A DNA stretch of 36,267 nucleotides from Octopus bimaculoides (GCF_001194135.2 NC_068983.1:72942972-72979238); one strand, 5' to 3'. Counted from the first letter of the stretch, positions 12,150 through 23,842 are shown. The notes: generated by a model from the letters alone, not told the origin. Numbers and translations: made by a program.

Positions 12150-12700
12150 TAGAGTGTTGTCACAAATAGAGGTAAATATGGTACTAACAACGTGCCAGTA
12201 CTTACCCTCGTAGTAATATTTCAAGGAGATTAATAAAAGAGACCATGGAGGCAGAAGAATTGACAGAAGGTAAAGTTGAGGGAAGAATGAGAAATGGATA
12301 TAAGCTTGGGGTAGAGGGACCAAATGTAAACAAGAGGTAAATTTAGTGAATGATGAAGGGAATGATCAAAAGTAAGATATGAATGGAAGAAGGATAAGAA
12401 TAATGGATGAGATTGTATATTCGGAGTAGCTGAGAGGAGAGGGAGTGATGACTGGCAGTGCAGAAATGGTGATAGTAAGTGGTTTGTAGTAACAGATTCT
12501 AATTTCATTACTTACAGCATAAGAATAATACTGTTGACAGGAAAGTGATGGAAGGAAATGAAGAGTAGGGTTAAATGTGAGAGTGTGAGGTGCAAGTAAG
12601 AAATGGTAAAAATGGTGGTAAATATGGATAGGGATGAAGATGGGATTGGGGAGGGAGTCAGGTGTCTGGATATGAGGGAGTGGGAGAAGAAAAAAGCAGA
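12150..12700 (-). pseudogene. Possible very decayed Penelope-like RT C-terminal remnant
   Basis: Pyrimidine-rich minus strand reading HFLLAPHTLTF...HFLPSL...IRICYYKP, which loosely resembles the HPxLKFT...FLD...TSVYYKP block of Penelope RTs. Weak. Confidence 0.3.
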
Positions 12701-12775
12701 TGTAGACTTGACAAGTACACTGAGTGAGAGATCCATTTGTGCATATGCACATGCTTCTACAACCTCAGTTGTGTG

Positions 12776-13000
12776 CAGTGGCAGACTGGCCATGTTGCCA
12801 GCTTACCCGATGGCAAGTGGGCCCCTGCACTATTAGAATCCATATATGGAAGAATGCATTAATTATTTCAGCCTGGCTGTGTTTTTAGACAGTTGAAAAG
12901 AATACTTTTAACAAAAAAAAATTAAATGATAGCATTGTAGTTGCAGGTGAGCCCCCTTAGTCTCTTGGCAACCAATATTTTTAGACTCAGTCCACCACTG
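12776..13000. mobile_element. 225 bp hAT-type MITE with a perfect 8 bp TSD
   Basis: TIRs CAGTGGCAGACTG / CAGTCCACCACTG (11/13 match). GTTGTGTG is duplicated at 12768-12775 and 13001-13008. Confidence 0.88.
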
Positions 13001-13049
13001 GTTGTGTGCACACACATTATGCTTTCAAAACTTCTGTCATACCATACTT

Positions 13050-13900
13050 GCATAGCTGGATGGGTCTTCTTGAGTTCTGTGTATTAACAAACATCTCAGT
13101 CCTTTGTCATCTTCTCTATAAGGCTCAACATCCAGAAATCAGCCTTCACTACCTCATCCCACATGTTCTTAGGTCTCCATCTTTTACAGGTTCCACCTAC
13201 ACACAAATGGCACTTTTTTAAACAACTACCATCATCCTTATATATCACAGTACCAAACCAATGCAGTGTTCTTTCTTGCACATAACATATTTCCTCTTGT
13301 GCACAGTTTTTTCTCAACACAGTTGTACTCCATCATTCATGTACACTGACATTGCACAGCAAGCAGAGTATGCTTGCTTCATTTCTTTCCAGTTTTCACT
13401 AGTTCTCTGCTTTCAAGGCCCATGTCTCACAACCATGTAACATTGCAGTTTGTACACAAGCATAATACAGCCTGACTTTCAACCTGAGAGAGAAACCTTT
13501 TGTTATCAACAGTGGTAATAGCTCTGAACTTTCTCCAAACTATTCTTACTCTGGCTACCATACTTTCAAAACATTCTCTCCCACTGCTAATTAGTTCCCT
13601 TAGAAAACAGAAACTATTTACTATTTCTAGGAATCAACTTGGGAATTTGAGAAAATCTATTTCCCATGTGCCTTTAGAGTTTATTGCTCATGTGTATCTG
13701 CCATATACAAAGTCTACTTTCTGTTAGCCTGCCTGTGATTCTACTGCATTTCTTATGTGTCCTTAGATTGCACTGGGTACACTATATGGAATGTCTACAC
13801 ACTTGTTTTGTACATACCAAGTAAGGTTATTTTCCTGAAGGGCATAGAGTCCTGTCTGTTTACCTACTTACTAAAACTGTGGTTTTTTCTATGTAAACTT
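13050..13900 (-). pseudogene. Decayed RTE LINE RT C-terminal remnant
   Basis: FSLRLKVRLYYACVQTAMLHGCETWALKAEN and GTCKRWRPKNMWDEVVKADFWMLSL, homologous to the 9260-9870 RT end. Confidence 0.85.
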
Positions 13901-14761
13901 TGAGATCTTTTGACTCTAGGTTTTAAGAATGAGAAAAGGTGATTGGAGAAAAAAGTTAGGAGCCAAGTGGGAATGTGGTTCTATGAGGGGAGTTAGAAAG
14001 GGAGAAGGCAGGGTGGAGTGGGCAGGTGTAGGAGGGTACCTGTGCCTGGGGCAGGTGTGTGTGGTGGTGGAATGAAATGCATGTGGGGTTTTTGTGGGGA
14101 GGATTAGGTATGTGGAGGAATGCAAGCATGGAAGTATAGTGGCGAGAGATAGTGTGGGAGGAATGTGTGGAAGTGTAATTGTGTGTGAGAGGGAGGTGTG
14201 GAGGGGAGGAGAATGTGAAGGTGCAATTGTGAAGTGAAAGGGAAGAGGAACGTTCTATTTAAGAAAAAGGCCTGTTGAAATAGAGGTAGACATAGTGGAA
14301 AAAATAAAGGTATACATAGTAAAATTGGCCACTCCCTTTCTTAAATGTAACATACCTTTGACTACAACAAACATGTATATAAAGTAGCTACCCAGTGAGA
14401 TGTGCAATCCACTTAATGCTCTGCCACTGAGTCCATTGCCTGGACAATGAGTTTGGTGAAATAACAACTGCTACATTTCAAAGAATGTTAATGAAGATTA
14501 TAATAATGAATACTTTTAAGGTACTTCAGGCACCAACGAGAGAGTGCTTAGTTTTTTACCTACTGTCTTTGAAATTGAGGATAATATCCAAAATTCTTGC
14601 TATTAAAATGCATGCTCACTTTGTGATAAGTTATACAGACATAGATGAATAGCCAGTCAGGCTTCTTTCAGGTACCGAATGGTTGCCCTCATATTCCACA
14701 GTGTAATGCAGCTAACCTGTCTTTTGGCTTATATCAAAATGTGGGCTGCTAATTTAATATA

Positions 14762-15585
14762 CAAGCATACCTCACTCTACATTGTTAATTGGTTCCAGGA
14801 GACATGACTTAAGTCGAATTAACTTGTCTCTAGGCTAGGTTAGGCCAAATTTACTTGTCTCTAGGCTAAACTGATAATAACCATTCCCAGTTCTGTACTT
14901 TATTTATGAATGCATTTTCAATAATACATAGTTTGATATGTGCTAAAATCTTGTCCTTATTATGTACAATTGTCAATACAGTTGTCCAACTCATCCCAAA
15001 AGATTGTGCAATTGCTACCACTTTTTCACCTTTTTCATGGCCAGTTTATCTTCCAGTGTTATAGCATGACACTTAGCACTTTCACAATGAATTTTCTTAG
15101 GAGCCATGGAGGCAAAAAATAAAGTCACAAATGAATGAGAATAAGACAGTAGCCGATAAACAGACATAAGCAAATCTGAATTCAAAACAATCGCGGGAAT
15201 CACAAGTGACAATGACGCCTAACAGTAAACATTGGAACTACAGTGCAATATGAGCTCTGAAAGACTCATAAAATAAGACAACACAGCTGATTTCTTGAAT
15301 TGATTCACTAATCTATACTACTTTATGGTGTGTGTCTTAACATTTACTCTATGTATTTTAATATGATTTTATATGCTTTTATTCTTATGTATTGTACAGT
15401 AACATGATTTAATGTGCTTTTAACAGTTTTCTAGTGATTTTACAATTCCAATATTTGTGGCAGACAGACGTAAAGTCGAGTAAAATGACTCAACTTGATT
15501 TTTATTTTTCCATATATTATTTTTGAAAACCAACATATAATCAAGAACAACTTAAATCGAAATGATTTAAGCCGAGGTATGCCTG
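14762..15585 (-). mobile_element. Tigger/pogo non-autonomous deletion derivative retaining the N-terminal HTH-psq coding remnant (ATG 15107)
   Basis: TA-flanked TIRs CAAGCATACCTCA / CGAGGTATGCCTG. Minus strand reads MAPKKIHCESAKCHAITLEDKLA, then after a frameshift HEKGEKVVAIAQSFGMSWTTVLTIVHNKDKILAHIK, a CENP-B/Tigger N-terminal pattern. Confidence 0.85.
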
Positions 15586-15740
15586 TACATGGAACAAATA
15601 TAACTGCATTTTTAAATAATAAATTATCACTGCTTCTACATGTGCTGTCTACTGCATGTGCAAGTTGAATAATCTATAAGTCTTTCACTTTAGCTAGTAC
15701 GCAAAAGAAGGGTGATAGCAAAATGTGGTAAAGTTCGATG

Positions 15741-15825
15741 AAATTATTCTACCCATTTTTCTTTTAGTCACTCATTTACAAATTATTCTACCCATTTTTC
15801 TTTTTGTCACTCATTTACAAATTAT
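15741..15825 (+). repeat. 39 bp tandem duplication
   Basis: AAATTATTCTACCCATTTTTCTTTT(A/T)GTCACTCATTTAC occurs twice, with one mismatch. Confidence 0.95.
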
Positions 15826-16703
15826 CTTTTTTTTTATATCTTATTTTCATCACTAGTGTTGAAATAACGAAATTACATGAAGCAGTTCATTATAATTTTT
15901 CTTTAATTTAAAAATATCAACAAACCATTTAACACCCTTAAACCATTTAACACACACATACAAATGCATTAAAAATAAAAATTAAAAAAGAGAAAAACAA
16001 TAAAGTATTCATGTTCAGAATTTCACCTCCAATGAATGACTTAATAAACTCTATAACTTAACCCTAGAGTCATTCCTCTATTCACTTCTGTATAAAAATA
16101 TTCCATTTGCATTATATATATATATATATGGGGTGGGCAGAATGAGTAAGATTTGCTGTACTTTTGACTTTGGGGATAAAGATATATCTTTTGCAAATGT
16201 TCACTACCTTACGAAAACTATAACAGCCAAGCAAATGACTTTCTCTAAATGCATTAAAAACGCTAACATATTCAGAACATTATTTCAGAAGATTATCACT
16301 ATTTTTTTTTTAGCATATAAAAGACAAATTTAGCTGGGGTAAAATGAGTAACACAAGATAAGGTGAATTTGCCACTTCAATTCTCCAGAAGACAGACTCA
16401 TACACATCAGTATGTCTACATCAGAAAGATCAAAAATGCAACAAAAATTTAAAATGTCTAGGTTGAATGAAAGAGGATTATGGAAAAATGGCAAATGATA
16501 TGAAATTAACAAAACTTGGATTAAATCTAAAAACTCAACATAAAACATTCTCTATAGCTTCTTCAAAATCTGCTGGAGTGGCGCTCTCCCTGATATATTT
16601 ATGCACCATGCAGTTAAAAAAAGGAAATTATTGAAATTAATCACTACTCATCTTACTCCAGTTTAGACATTTTTTGAAATTTGGAAATTATCAAATTAGA
16701 CAT

Positions 16704-16894
16704 GCAATTTTGTTAGTGAACAGGTTGCAGTCTGAAAGTGACAAAAATATTTTGACAGATTAAATTTAAATGTTGAAGTGAATCTAATGGTTTTTGTGTA
16801 TTTCTTTAAATGGCTTATAAACACGTTCCACACTGCAATTGTTTTTGTTTCAGCAATCTCAGATCAGGTCACTTGCTATGCAAGTACATCTCCA
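16704..16894 (+). mobile_element. ~190 bp hammerhead-bearing short retroelement (Penelope pLTR/retrozyme-like), copy 1
   Basis: Flanked by AAATTAGACAT at 16693-16703 and 16895-16905. The paralogous host copy has that sequence once (24733-24743). Homologous to 34195-34371. Confidence 0.85.
16709..16759 (+). ncRNA. Minimal type I hammerhead ribozyme motif, G3:C8 core variant, probably inactive (G12>A)
   Basis: UUUGUUA-GUGAACA-G-GUUGC(AGUCUGAAA)GUGAC-AAA-AAUAUU-U-UGACAGA. Stems I and II pair with G-U wobbles and stem III is a palindrome. Position 12 (16743) is A instead of G. Confidence 0.7.
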
Positions 16895-17231
16895 AAATTA
16901 GACATTATTGTGGGGAAAAAAACTGACTTGGAATCCAACAGAGAAAAGAATATTGATTGTTAGACACCCAAAATTATCCAGCTATTTTATTAACAACCTC
17001 AATTATAATCAGATCAAAATTGAGGAAAAATTTCTTGGAAAAATAACTGTTATCTGACTATGTTTCAAGCTCTCAACTTCAACAACTATGCTGACCAATT
17101 TCTACTCCCAAAGATGATGAATACTTGCAATGTAATAATTTCAAACAAGCAGGAAGGAAATAACAAGAAATCAGAAATTACTCATTTTGTCCCATCCATC
17201 CATATATATATATATNNNNNNNNNNNNNNNN

Positions 17232-17673
17232 ATTTGAAGATAAGCAACAAAAATTCAATAGGTTATAGCAGTACGTACGTTTCGTACAAGCTCCATTTAT
17301 TCATGTAGTGAGAACACCACAGAATGTAAAATGAAAATGTACTCCTTAGCTGCATAATGGAATTTCATTTTAGAAAGACATTTTGAAGATGTTTGCAAAA
17401 AACAAGAGTAAGAGAAGAAAACATACCATCTCGACTATGCTGCTGTTCAACAGATTGAACAGCAACATAGTCGAGATGGTATGTTTTCTTCTCTTACTCT
17501 TGTTTTTTGCAAACATCTTCAAAATGTCTTTCTAAAATGAAATTCCATTATGCAGCTAAGGAGTACATTTTCATTTTACATTCTGTGGTGTTCTCACTAC
17601 ATGAATAAATGGAGCTTGTACGAAACGTACGTACTGCTATAACCTATTGAATTTTTGTTGCTTATCTTCAAAT
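17232..17673. repeat. Near-perfect 219 bp inverted repeat with a 4 nt loop, abutting an N gap
   Basis: Arm 17232-17450, loop CAGA 17451-17454, arm 17455-17673. I saw one mismatch, near the loop. Confidence 0.95.
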
Positions 17674-17964
17674 TTTATTCACTAAATCTCTTGATTTTGT
17701 TTTTGGTTTTTACCCTACCAAATTCTGGTGCCTCAAACATTTTAAGTACCACATTTAATATTGTGATTAAATCTATATTATTATTATATATATCCAAGAA
17801 AGTTAGGGTTTGTGAATCCAACCCACTAAGGGATAATATCTATCCAATATACTGCTGGAAGAATACCCAATTATTATTATACCAGTGTTTTTTCATTGCA
17901 TTACCAAGTGCAATAAATAGGTGCAGGTAAAAATCCCCTCCATTTTCTTTTTGCTATATATATA

Positions 17965-18345
17965 TAATGTAACTCCTTCCAGAGATTTATTGTTGCCTCT
18001 TATGTCGTTAAAGTCTTATCAAGAGCTTCCATTGCACCTCTATGTGACAAGATGCATTAATCCCAAATGATAAGGTGGCATTGGCACAACACTTCTACTG
18101 AACCTGAATCTTTGCTTATGTTACATATTGGAATCACTTGTGACCAGGTTTAGTGGTAATTTAAAAGCAAAATGAGCTGTTCATCCTCCTGGGAGAATGT
18201 TGGCAGCAAAGCCAGACAATGGTACAGCAACTGCAATTTTTTTTTTTTTGTTGCCTTACTTTGGAGAGAAGCAATGTTACAAATGTTTTACCTGTGTCAC
18301 CAGGATCAAGAAAGAAAATTCCTCTACTTTTTTCTGACAATTGTG
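17965..18345 (-). pseudogene. Helitron RepHel PIF1-like helicase fragment
   Basis: GIFFLDPGDTGKTFVTLLLSKVRQQ (Walker A region), then after a frameshift KIAVAVPLSGFAANILPGG*TAHFAFKLPLNL...LIIWD*CILSHRGAMEALDKTL...DIRGNNKSLEGVT. Confidence 0.9.
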
Positions 18346-18499
18346 GAACGCCGCATGCACACACACACACACAGAGATACATATACATATCTTATCAAAC
18401 ATCAGATGAATTGGACGTGTGTGTGTGAGAGAGAGATAGAGAGTGAGTGAAGGGGTGTGTTGTCATGTATATGTTCGTACATAAATAAATAGGCATACA

Positions 18500-18569
18500 T
18501 CTTTCTTGTATGTATGTATGTGTGCGTGTGTGAGAAAGAGAGAGTGCCACTTAGACATCACTGTGTGTG

Positions 18570-18623
<54 letters not shown>

Positions 18624-18740
18624 CCAAAAAATGTATGCATATGTATTTATGTATGTACGAATACATGACAACATACCTCTTCACACACACACACACACAC
18701 ACACACACCATCGAAAAATGTATACAAACATACATATAAA
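18500..18740. repeat. Compound (CT)n/(CA)n/(TATG)n microsatellite region
   Basis: Visible runs. They account for the overlapping HT/CV-rich ORFs in the track. Confidence 0.9.
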
Positions 18741-19509
18741 AACACGTGTACGTTTGTGACTGGTTACAAATACATGGTGATGAACACGGCGTGAAAAAGA
18801 AAATAAATTTAAAAAATTTTACGTAAATTAACGAAATGTGCGAGTTCCAGCAAAATAATGCCCATATTTTTTGGACATCCCATATTAAATTGAAAAATTT
18901 TAGCGTGATATTTGTGTAATAAAGAACAAACCTTTCCTTCTATGCATGGTTATATATGTACACAGAGATATACGAGTGCAGAAGATGTAAGCAATGAAAA
19001 TAACTTGTTAACAGAAATTATGTTTCTTAATATGACAGACAGAAAGTAAATAAGAAATTTTAACGGAAAATAAAGTATTGTACGGATTGAAGCGAAATTT
19101 GTCACTCAGTGAACCAAAGAGCCAGTATCGAAGGAACGAGAAGGAAACCGTCAACAACAGAAAAACACAAAACTGTACGGATTGAATTGAAATTTATGAA
19201 GATACTTCTGTCAGTAAATTATGAAGTTACTTACATCAATAATTGTGAGCTTCTTTCTGTCAGTAACTTGTCGTTGTTTGTTTGTAAACAGCCACTCGAA
19301 ACTTAGACTGTGAAGTTAAACAATGACGTACGAAAATTGAAAGTGAAAACAAGAGATATAGATAGAGAGATATGGATAGCGAGATATACATAAAGAGATA
19401 TGTGACGTGACGGACGCTAGAAAACCGGAAGTAGATCTTTTAAAAACTTTCGAATACGTGAATGTAATATAAAAAGTAATAATTTTAATTTTTAACAATT
19501 AAAAAAAAA

Positions 19510-19638
19510 AAAATCATATGAAAACCCTATTATATGTTCAAGCTAAAATTATTCATGCATCACGAGTATGGAAGTAATTGGTGAAACCGTTTTCGCATGA
19601 AGAGTGAATACGCACACATCTCTATTTTATATATTAGA
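19510..19638 (-). mobile_element. Helitron 5' terminus
   Basis: Minus strand A|TCTAATATATAAAATAGAGATGTGTGCG...GCGAAAACGGTTTCACCAATT shows the TC start after A and the AAACGG-x-ACCRATT subterminal motif typical of animal Helitron 5' ends. Same strand as the helicase fragment. Inner boundary uncertain. Confidence 0.55.
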
Positions 19639-21391
19639 TAATTAAAGACATTTAATATTAAACAACTGAAGCTTCAACATAGCACACACACCTCTGGTAA
19701 CCGCTTCTGCTACAGGTCCATAGGCAATAAATAGTTGAAAACTACGAGTTAAAACTAACGAGTATATGTGGGTGGAATTTAAATTAAGCTCCTACGCTAC
19801 ATTACTTTGGTCTTGTGCTTAATCAAAGAATTCATTATTGAATAAATCATGCTTTCATATTACATAATAGGAAGACTTGGATACAAATTAAGATATAAAC
19901 ATTCGATTACAAACAAATATATACAAATAAACACACTCAAACCTATCAACTAGCCCGTTTCCTCCTATACGTAATTCAAACTCAAGTGCATTCATGGAAC
20001 TTAATACAAATATTTTTATTTATTCTATTTAATTCCCCATCATTGCTTCAAGTGATTGTTTTATTAAATACTCTTTTTAAAAAATTGCGATGCACTCTCC
20101 GATTTACCAAAATACTTCTCTTTATTCTATTATTTTAACTAAACGACTAAGAATGGTGAATATTTTGAGAGAGAGAGAGTGGAGGAGAGAAAGAGACGAC
20201 AGACAGACAGACAAACAGACAGATTTTAAAACAGAAATTCAATTGTGTATCAGATCTTATCCTGGAAGTTTTCTTCATAATCAAGATCCGTTAATTGAAC
20301 TCATCGACCATGGAGTGAAAGTTTAACATTGTTATTGTATTATTTGTATTTTCTTAAATCCCATTAGCTATTCTCGTTTCACACATGCGTGCCCTTCCAA
20401 ACAAAATAGCTGGTGAGCGGCAATGGCTATTCCTTAACGATAAATAAAGTAAATATATCAGCGCGTAATCTATTTCAAAGGCACGGGGGCAAGTTAAAAT
20501 TGATCGGTTGGTAATTGACAACGTTTCATTTGCATGAGGTATGCAAGCACACAGTCGCAGGCACACAGTCACACACATGCATACATAGATACACGCCCAC
20601 AGACTTTTATTTTTGTTTTAATAGTTATTTGCAGTTTATGTGATAAAGTATTTCAAATCATTCTTTAGGTAGAGACCTGTTATCAAAAGAGTTGCCCAGT
20701 AAAAGATAATTTCATGTCTCCTCAAGGAGAATTGAGTGATTTGTCCATAAATTAATATTGTGTATACATTTTAGTGTCATTCTTTTTCTTCTTTCTCCCT
20801 GTGTGTGTGTGTGTGTGTTTCTGTGTGCGTGTGTGTAATTCTATGTATTTCTCTATCATCTTGCTGTCTATCCTTTTTATACTCGCGTGCTTTTCACATT
20901 TAGCTTGCAAGAAACCGACTCAATCAAATTTGTCTCCGAATGTTAACGATTTCGACGTTCTCTCTTTTACATCTAAAGAATAACAAACACAATAAATTTT
21001 CAAAATTTAACTGAGTTTTTCTCCATCAATGTTCCCTTTCATCTCTCTTTAAACACTCTTGTTTTATCCTTATCAATAATTCTGTTGTTCCTCTGGCATC
21101 TCTGTGTGCGTTACTGATTGCACTATTTGAAGGCAAGACAAATTCATGACTTTTAAGCAACAGAAGACTAAAACGTAATATAATCGTTATCTAAAAACGA
21201 TGATTATATATTTTTAGATTCTTTTTAAATAATGATTGGTTGTAGCATCGCTGTTTGTTTAAGAAGTCCACTCGACTTCACGATACCTTCTATCACTAAA
21301 TGAGACGATTAGGCGTCGCTGTTTGGACGCTGATTGGACATTAAACCTGTTTGAGCAATGTTTTTTTTTTTTTTTTGTGATGGTACTTTTT

Positions 21392-21587
21392 GGCGAAAGT
21401 AAAGAATACATACACCCGGTGGTTATAGTTAGGATTAGGATTAGGGTTTAGAGTTAGGGTTAGGGTTTAGAGTTAGGTTTAGGGTTAGGGTTTAGGGTTA
21501 GTTTTAGGGTTAGTTTTAGGGTTAGTTTTAGAATTAAGGTTATTGTTACGCCGAAAATCAGTAGTGTACGTATTCTTTACCTCCGCT
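21392..21587. mobile_element. 196 bp MITE with 24 bp TIRs, 9 bp TSD and an internal TTAGGG-like array (Mutator-like signature)
   Basis: TIRs GGCGAAAGTAAAGAATACATACAC and (reverse-complemented) AGCGGAGGTAAAGAATACGTACAC. GTACTTTTT occurs at 21383-21391 and 21588-21596. Telomere-like repeats span ~21427-21540. Confidence 0.85.
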
Positions 21588-21784
21588 GTACTTTTTGTCA
21601 CTGGAGGCAAACGCGCGCGTAGAAATATACACATGCAGATACAGGAGAGAGAGAGGGGGGAGGCATGAGGGAGAGAGAGAATTACAATTTATTTATTAAA
21701 CACGACTTACATAAATACTTTCCCTCTCTTCACATACATAAAGACAAATTGTTCATGCACATGAACACAGCTCGCTGCCTTAAT

Positions 21785-21930
21785 ACATCTTAGTACTGAT
21801 CTCAAATTTTGGCACTAGGCCAGCAATTTCGGGGGCTAGTCCATTACTTATTTCATCGAACCCCGATTGGATAAAAAAAGCAAAGTCGACCTCAGCGGAA
21901 TTTGAACTCAGAACGTAAAGGCAGACGAAG
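21785..21930 (-). mobile_element. tRNA-derived SINE (same family as 30710-31092)
   Basis: AAAGTCGACCTCAGCGGAATTTGAACTCAGAACGTAAAGGCAGACGAA is the reverse complement of the SINE body containing the B-box-like GAGTTCAAATTCC. Confidence 0.8.
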
Positions 21931-23289
21931 GATCTTTTCTATTTAAAATTTGGTACAATATTAATACACTTGCCCAAACTGAATGGCTGGAGTTATTTCA
22001 TTTTTTTTTTCTTGAAAAATGTTTTTAAAAAGTTATAGAGGTTTAAAGTTTGATCATTTTCACCCAATCAGGAAACAGGATTTGGAAGCTGTCATTTTGT
22101 ACGTGATTGCACATTTTGTCGTCAATATCCTGAAAATAGCATTTAACTTTCAGTCTTAATTTTTTAAACATCCTCTGTTTTCAATGTTTCCATAATAGAA
22201 ACGAAGTTACTGGAGCTTGCTACCATAATCACACAGAACACAGCGTCAAATTTGTCAACACCTACTTCCTCGCAGATAAAAGACTTTTGAAAGACTGCTC
22301 GGATTCGCTTGTTACTATGGCAAAAGGCACGTTGAGAGACAAAAGGATTCTCATGTTCCGCTTCTTACAATCGAGACAGCCATGAATGTGCCTGTGGCTT
22401 ACGATTGGCTAAAATTACCAAAATTTTCCAACTTTGATTACTAATAACTCTTTATTTATTGATTTATAGCGAAAATTACTTACACGTCATTAATTAGCTT
22501 ATGAAAGTGTATCATTACACTGAATATGAAATCAATTCGAACAGAAAATTGACGCTGGCAACCAAACAGAAAAGATCCCAGACGAAGTACAGCAAAGCAT
22601 TTTCCCCGACATACTAACGATTCTTCCAGCTCTCCGCTTTAATACATCTTAATATTCATTACTCTTTTTTAATGTAATCGACCAGCCCCCGCCCCTGAAA
22701 GTGATGTCCTTGAGCCAAAATTTAAAACTGCTCTCTCTCTCTCTCTCTCTCTCTGGTATTTTTTCTACTTACAGCGCCAAGCTTTAAATTCTACTTCGTA
22801 AAAAATGTACAGAAATCTAATGAGAAAATTTTTCATTTCCATGTTCAATATTTTGCTAGCCATATAGTAAATCAGAAAGCTAAATGATGTTTAGTAAGTG
22901 AGATTACAAGTCAAATGTCAACGAGAGAAAGAAAACAAAAAAATTCTTGGTGCCAAAGTTTCTGGGCACACAACGTCTGATGTCAAATAAGTTAGCGTGA
23001 CAGTTACACGCCGAACAGAGTAAAATTTTGTCAAAATTATGTATGTAGAAGCCCTTTGGATGTGTGTGTGTGTAGTCGATTCAATTGAACGATTAAAAAA
23101 CGAAAAAAAAGAAAAATAACGAACGTGAGAACGTGCACAAGAAGTGTATTTGACGCTAAGTGAAAGGAGAGAGTTGATATNNNNNNNNNNNNNNNNNNNN
23201 NNNNNNNNNNNNNNNNNNNNNNNNNNNNNNNNTATATATATCATCATCATCGTTTAACGAAAGGTGAGAGTTGATATATATATATATAT

Positions 23290-23820
23290 ATATATATCAT
23301 CTTCATCATCATCGTTTAACGTCCGCTTTCCATGCTAGCATGGCTGGACGGTTTGACTGGGGACTAGTGAGCCATATGGCTGCACCAGGCTCCAATCTGA
23401 TCTGGCAGAGTTTCTACAGCTGGATGCCCTTCCTAACACCAACCACTCCGAGAGTGTAGTGGATGCTTTTACGTGCCACTGGCACGAAGGCCATGCTCAA
23501 ATGGTGTTTTCCACGTACCACCGGCACAAGTGCCAGTAAGGCGACGCTGGTAACGATCACGCTCGAATGGTACTTTTTACTTGCCGCCAGTACGGGGGCT
23601 ACGTAGCGTCCCTGGCCACGATCACGCTCGGATGGTGCTCTTAGCGCTCCATTAACACGGATGCCAGTCATGCGATGCTGTCATCGAATTCGATTCCGAT
23701 TTCACTTGCCTCAACAGGTCTTCACAAGCATAGTTTAGTGTCCAATGAAGAAAGGTACGCCTAAATGGGCTTGTTACACCACCGGCATAGGCCACAGGTT
23801 ATGGTCTCACTTGGCCTGAT
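23290..23820 (-). mobile_element. RTE LINE 3' UTR fragment
   Basis: Collinear with 8636-9270. Ends in (CAT)n on the plus strand. Confidence 0.88.
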
Positions 23821-23842
23821 ATATATATATATATATATATAT

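Larger units (their letters stand above)
16130..17201. mobile_element. TA-flanked TIR DNA element, copy 1 (hosts the hammerhead retroelement)
   Basis: Ends GGGTGGGCAGAATGAGTAA / TTACTCATTTTGTCCCATCC. Collinear with 24155-25077 over most of its length. Confidence 0.75.

Noticed and set aside
19405-19435. ETS-like ACCGGAAGT and TGACGT motifs suggesting a promoter
   Set aside because: Short motifs are expected by chance and probably lie inside Helitron-derived sequence. No transcript evidence.
20505-20540. Octamer ATTTGCAT in a CpG-richer unique stretch
   Set aside because: A single 8-mer with no snRNA gene or conserved context visible.
20843-20983. Signal-peptide-like ORF MYFSIILLSILFILACFSHLA...
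   Set aside because: T/C-rich low-complexity DNA next to a TG repeat gives hydrophobic translations, and I found no suitable phase 1 donor linking it to exon A.
22060-22450. Block sharing GCTTGTTACTAT and GATTGGCTAAAATTACC motifs with 32050-32150 (opposite strand)
   Set aside because: Probably an interspersed repeat family, but I could not define ends or class well enough to report it as a feature.
23162-23310. Duplicated GAAAGG(A/T)GAGAGTTGATAT and CATCATCGTTTAACG around the N gap
   Set aside because: Most likely redundant contig ends at a TA microsatellite, so an assembly artefact.
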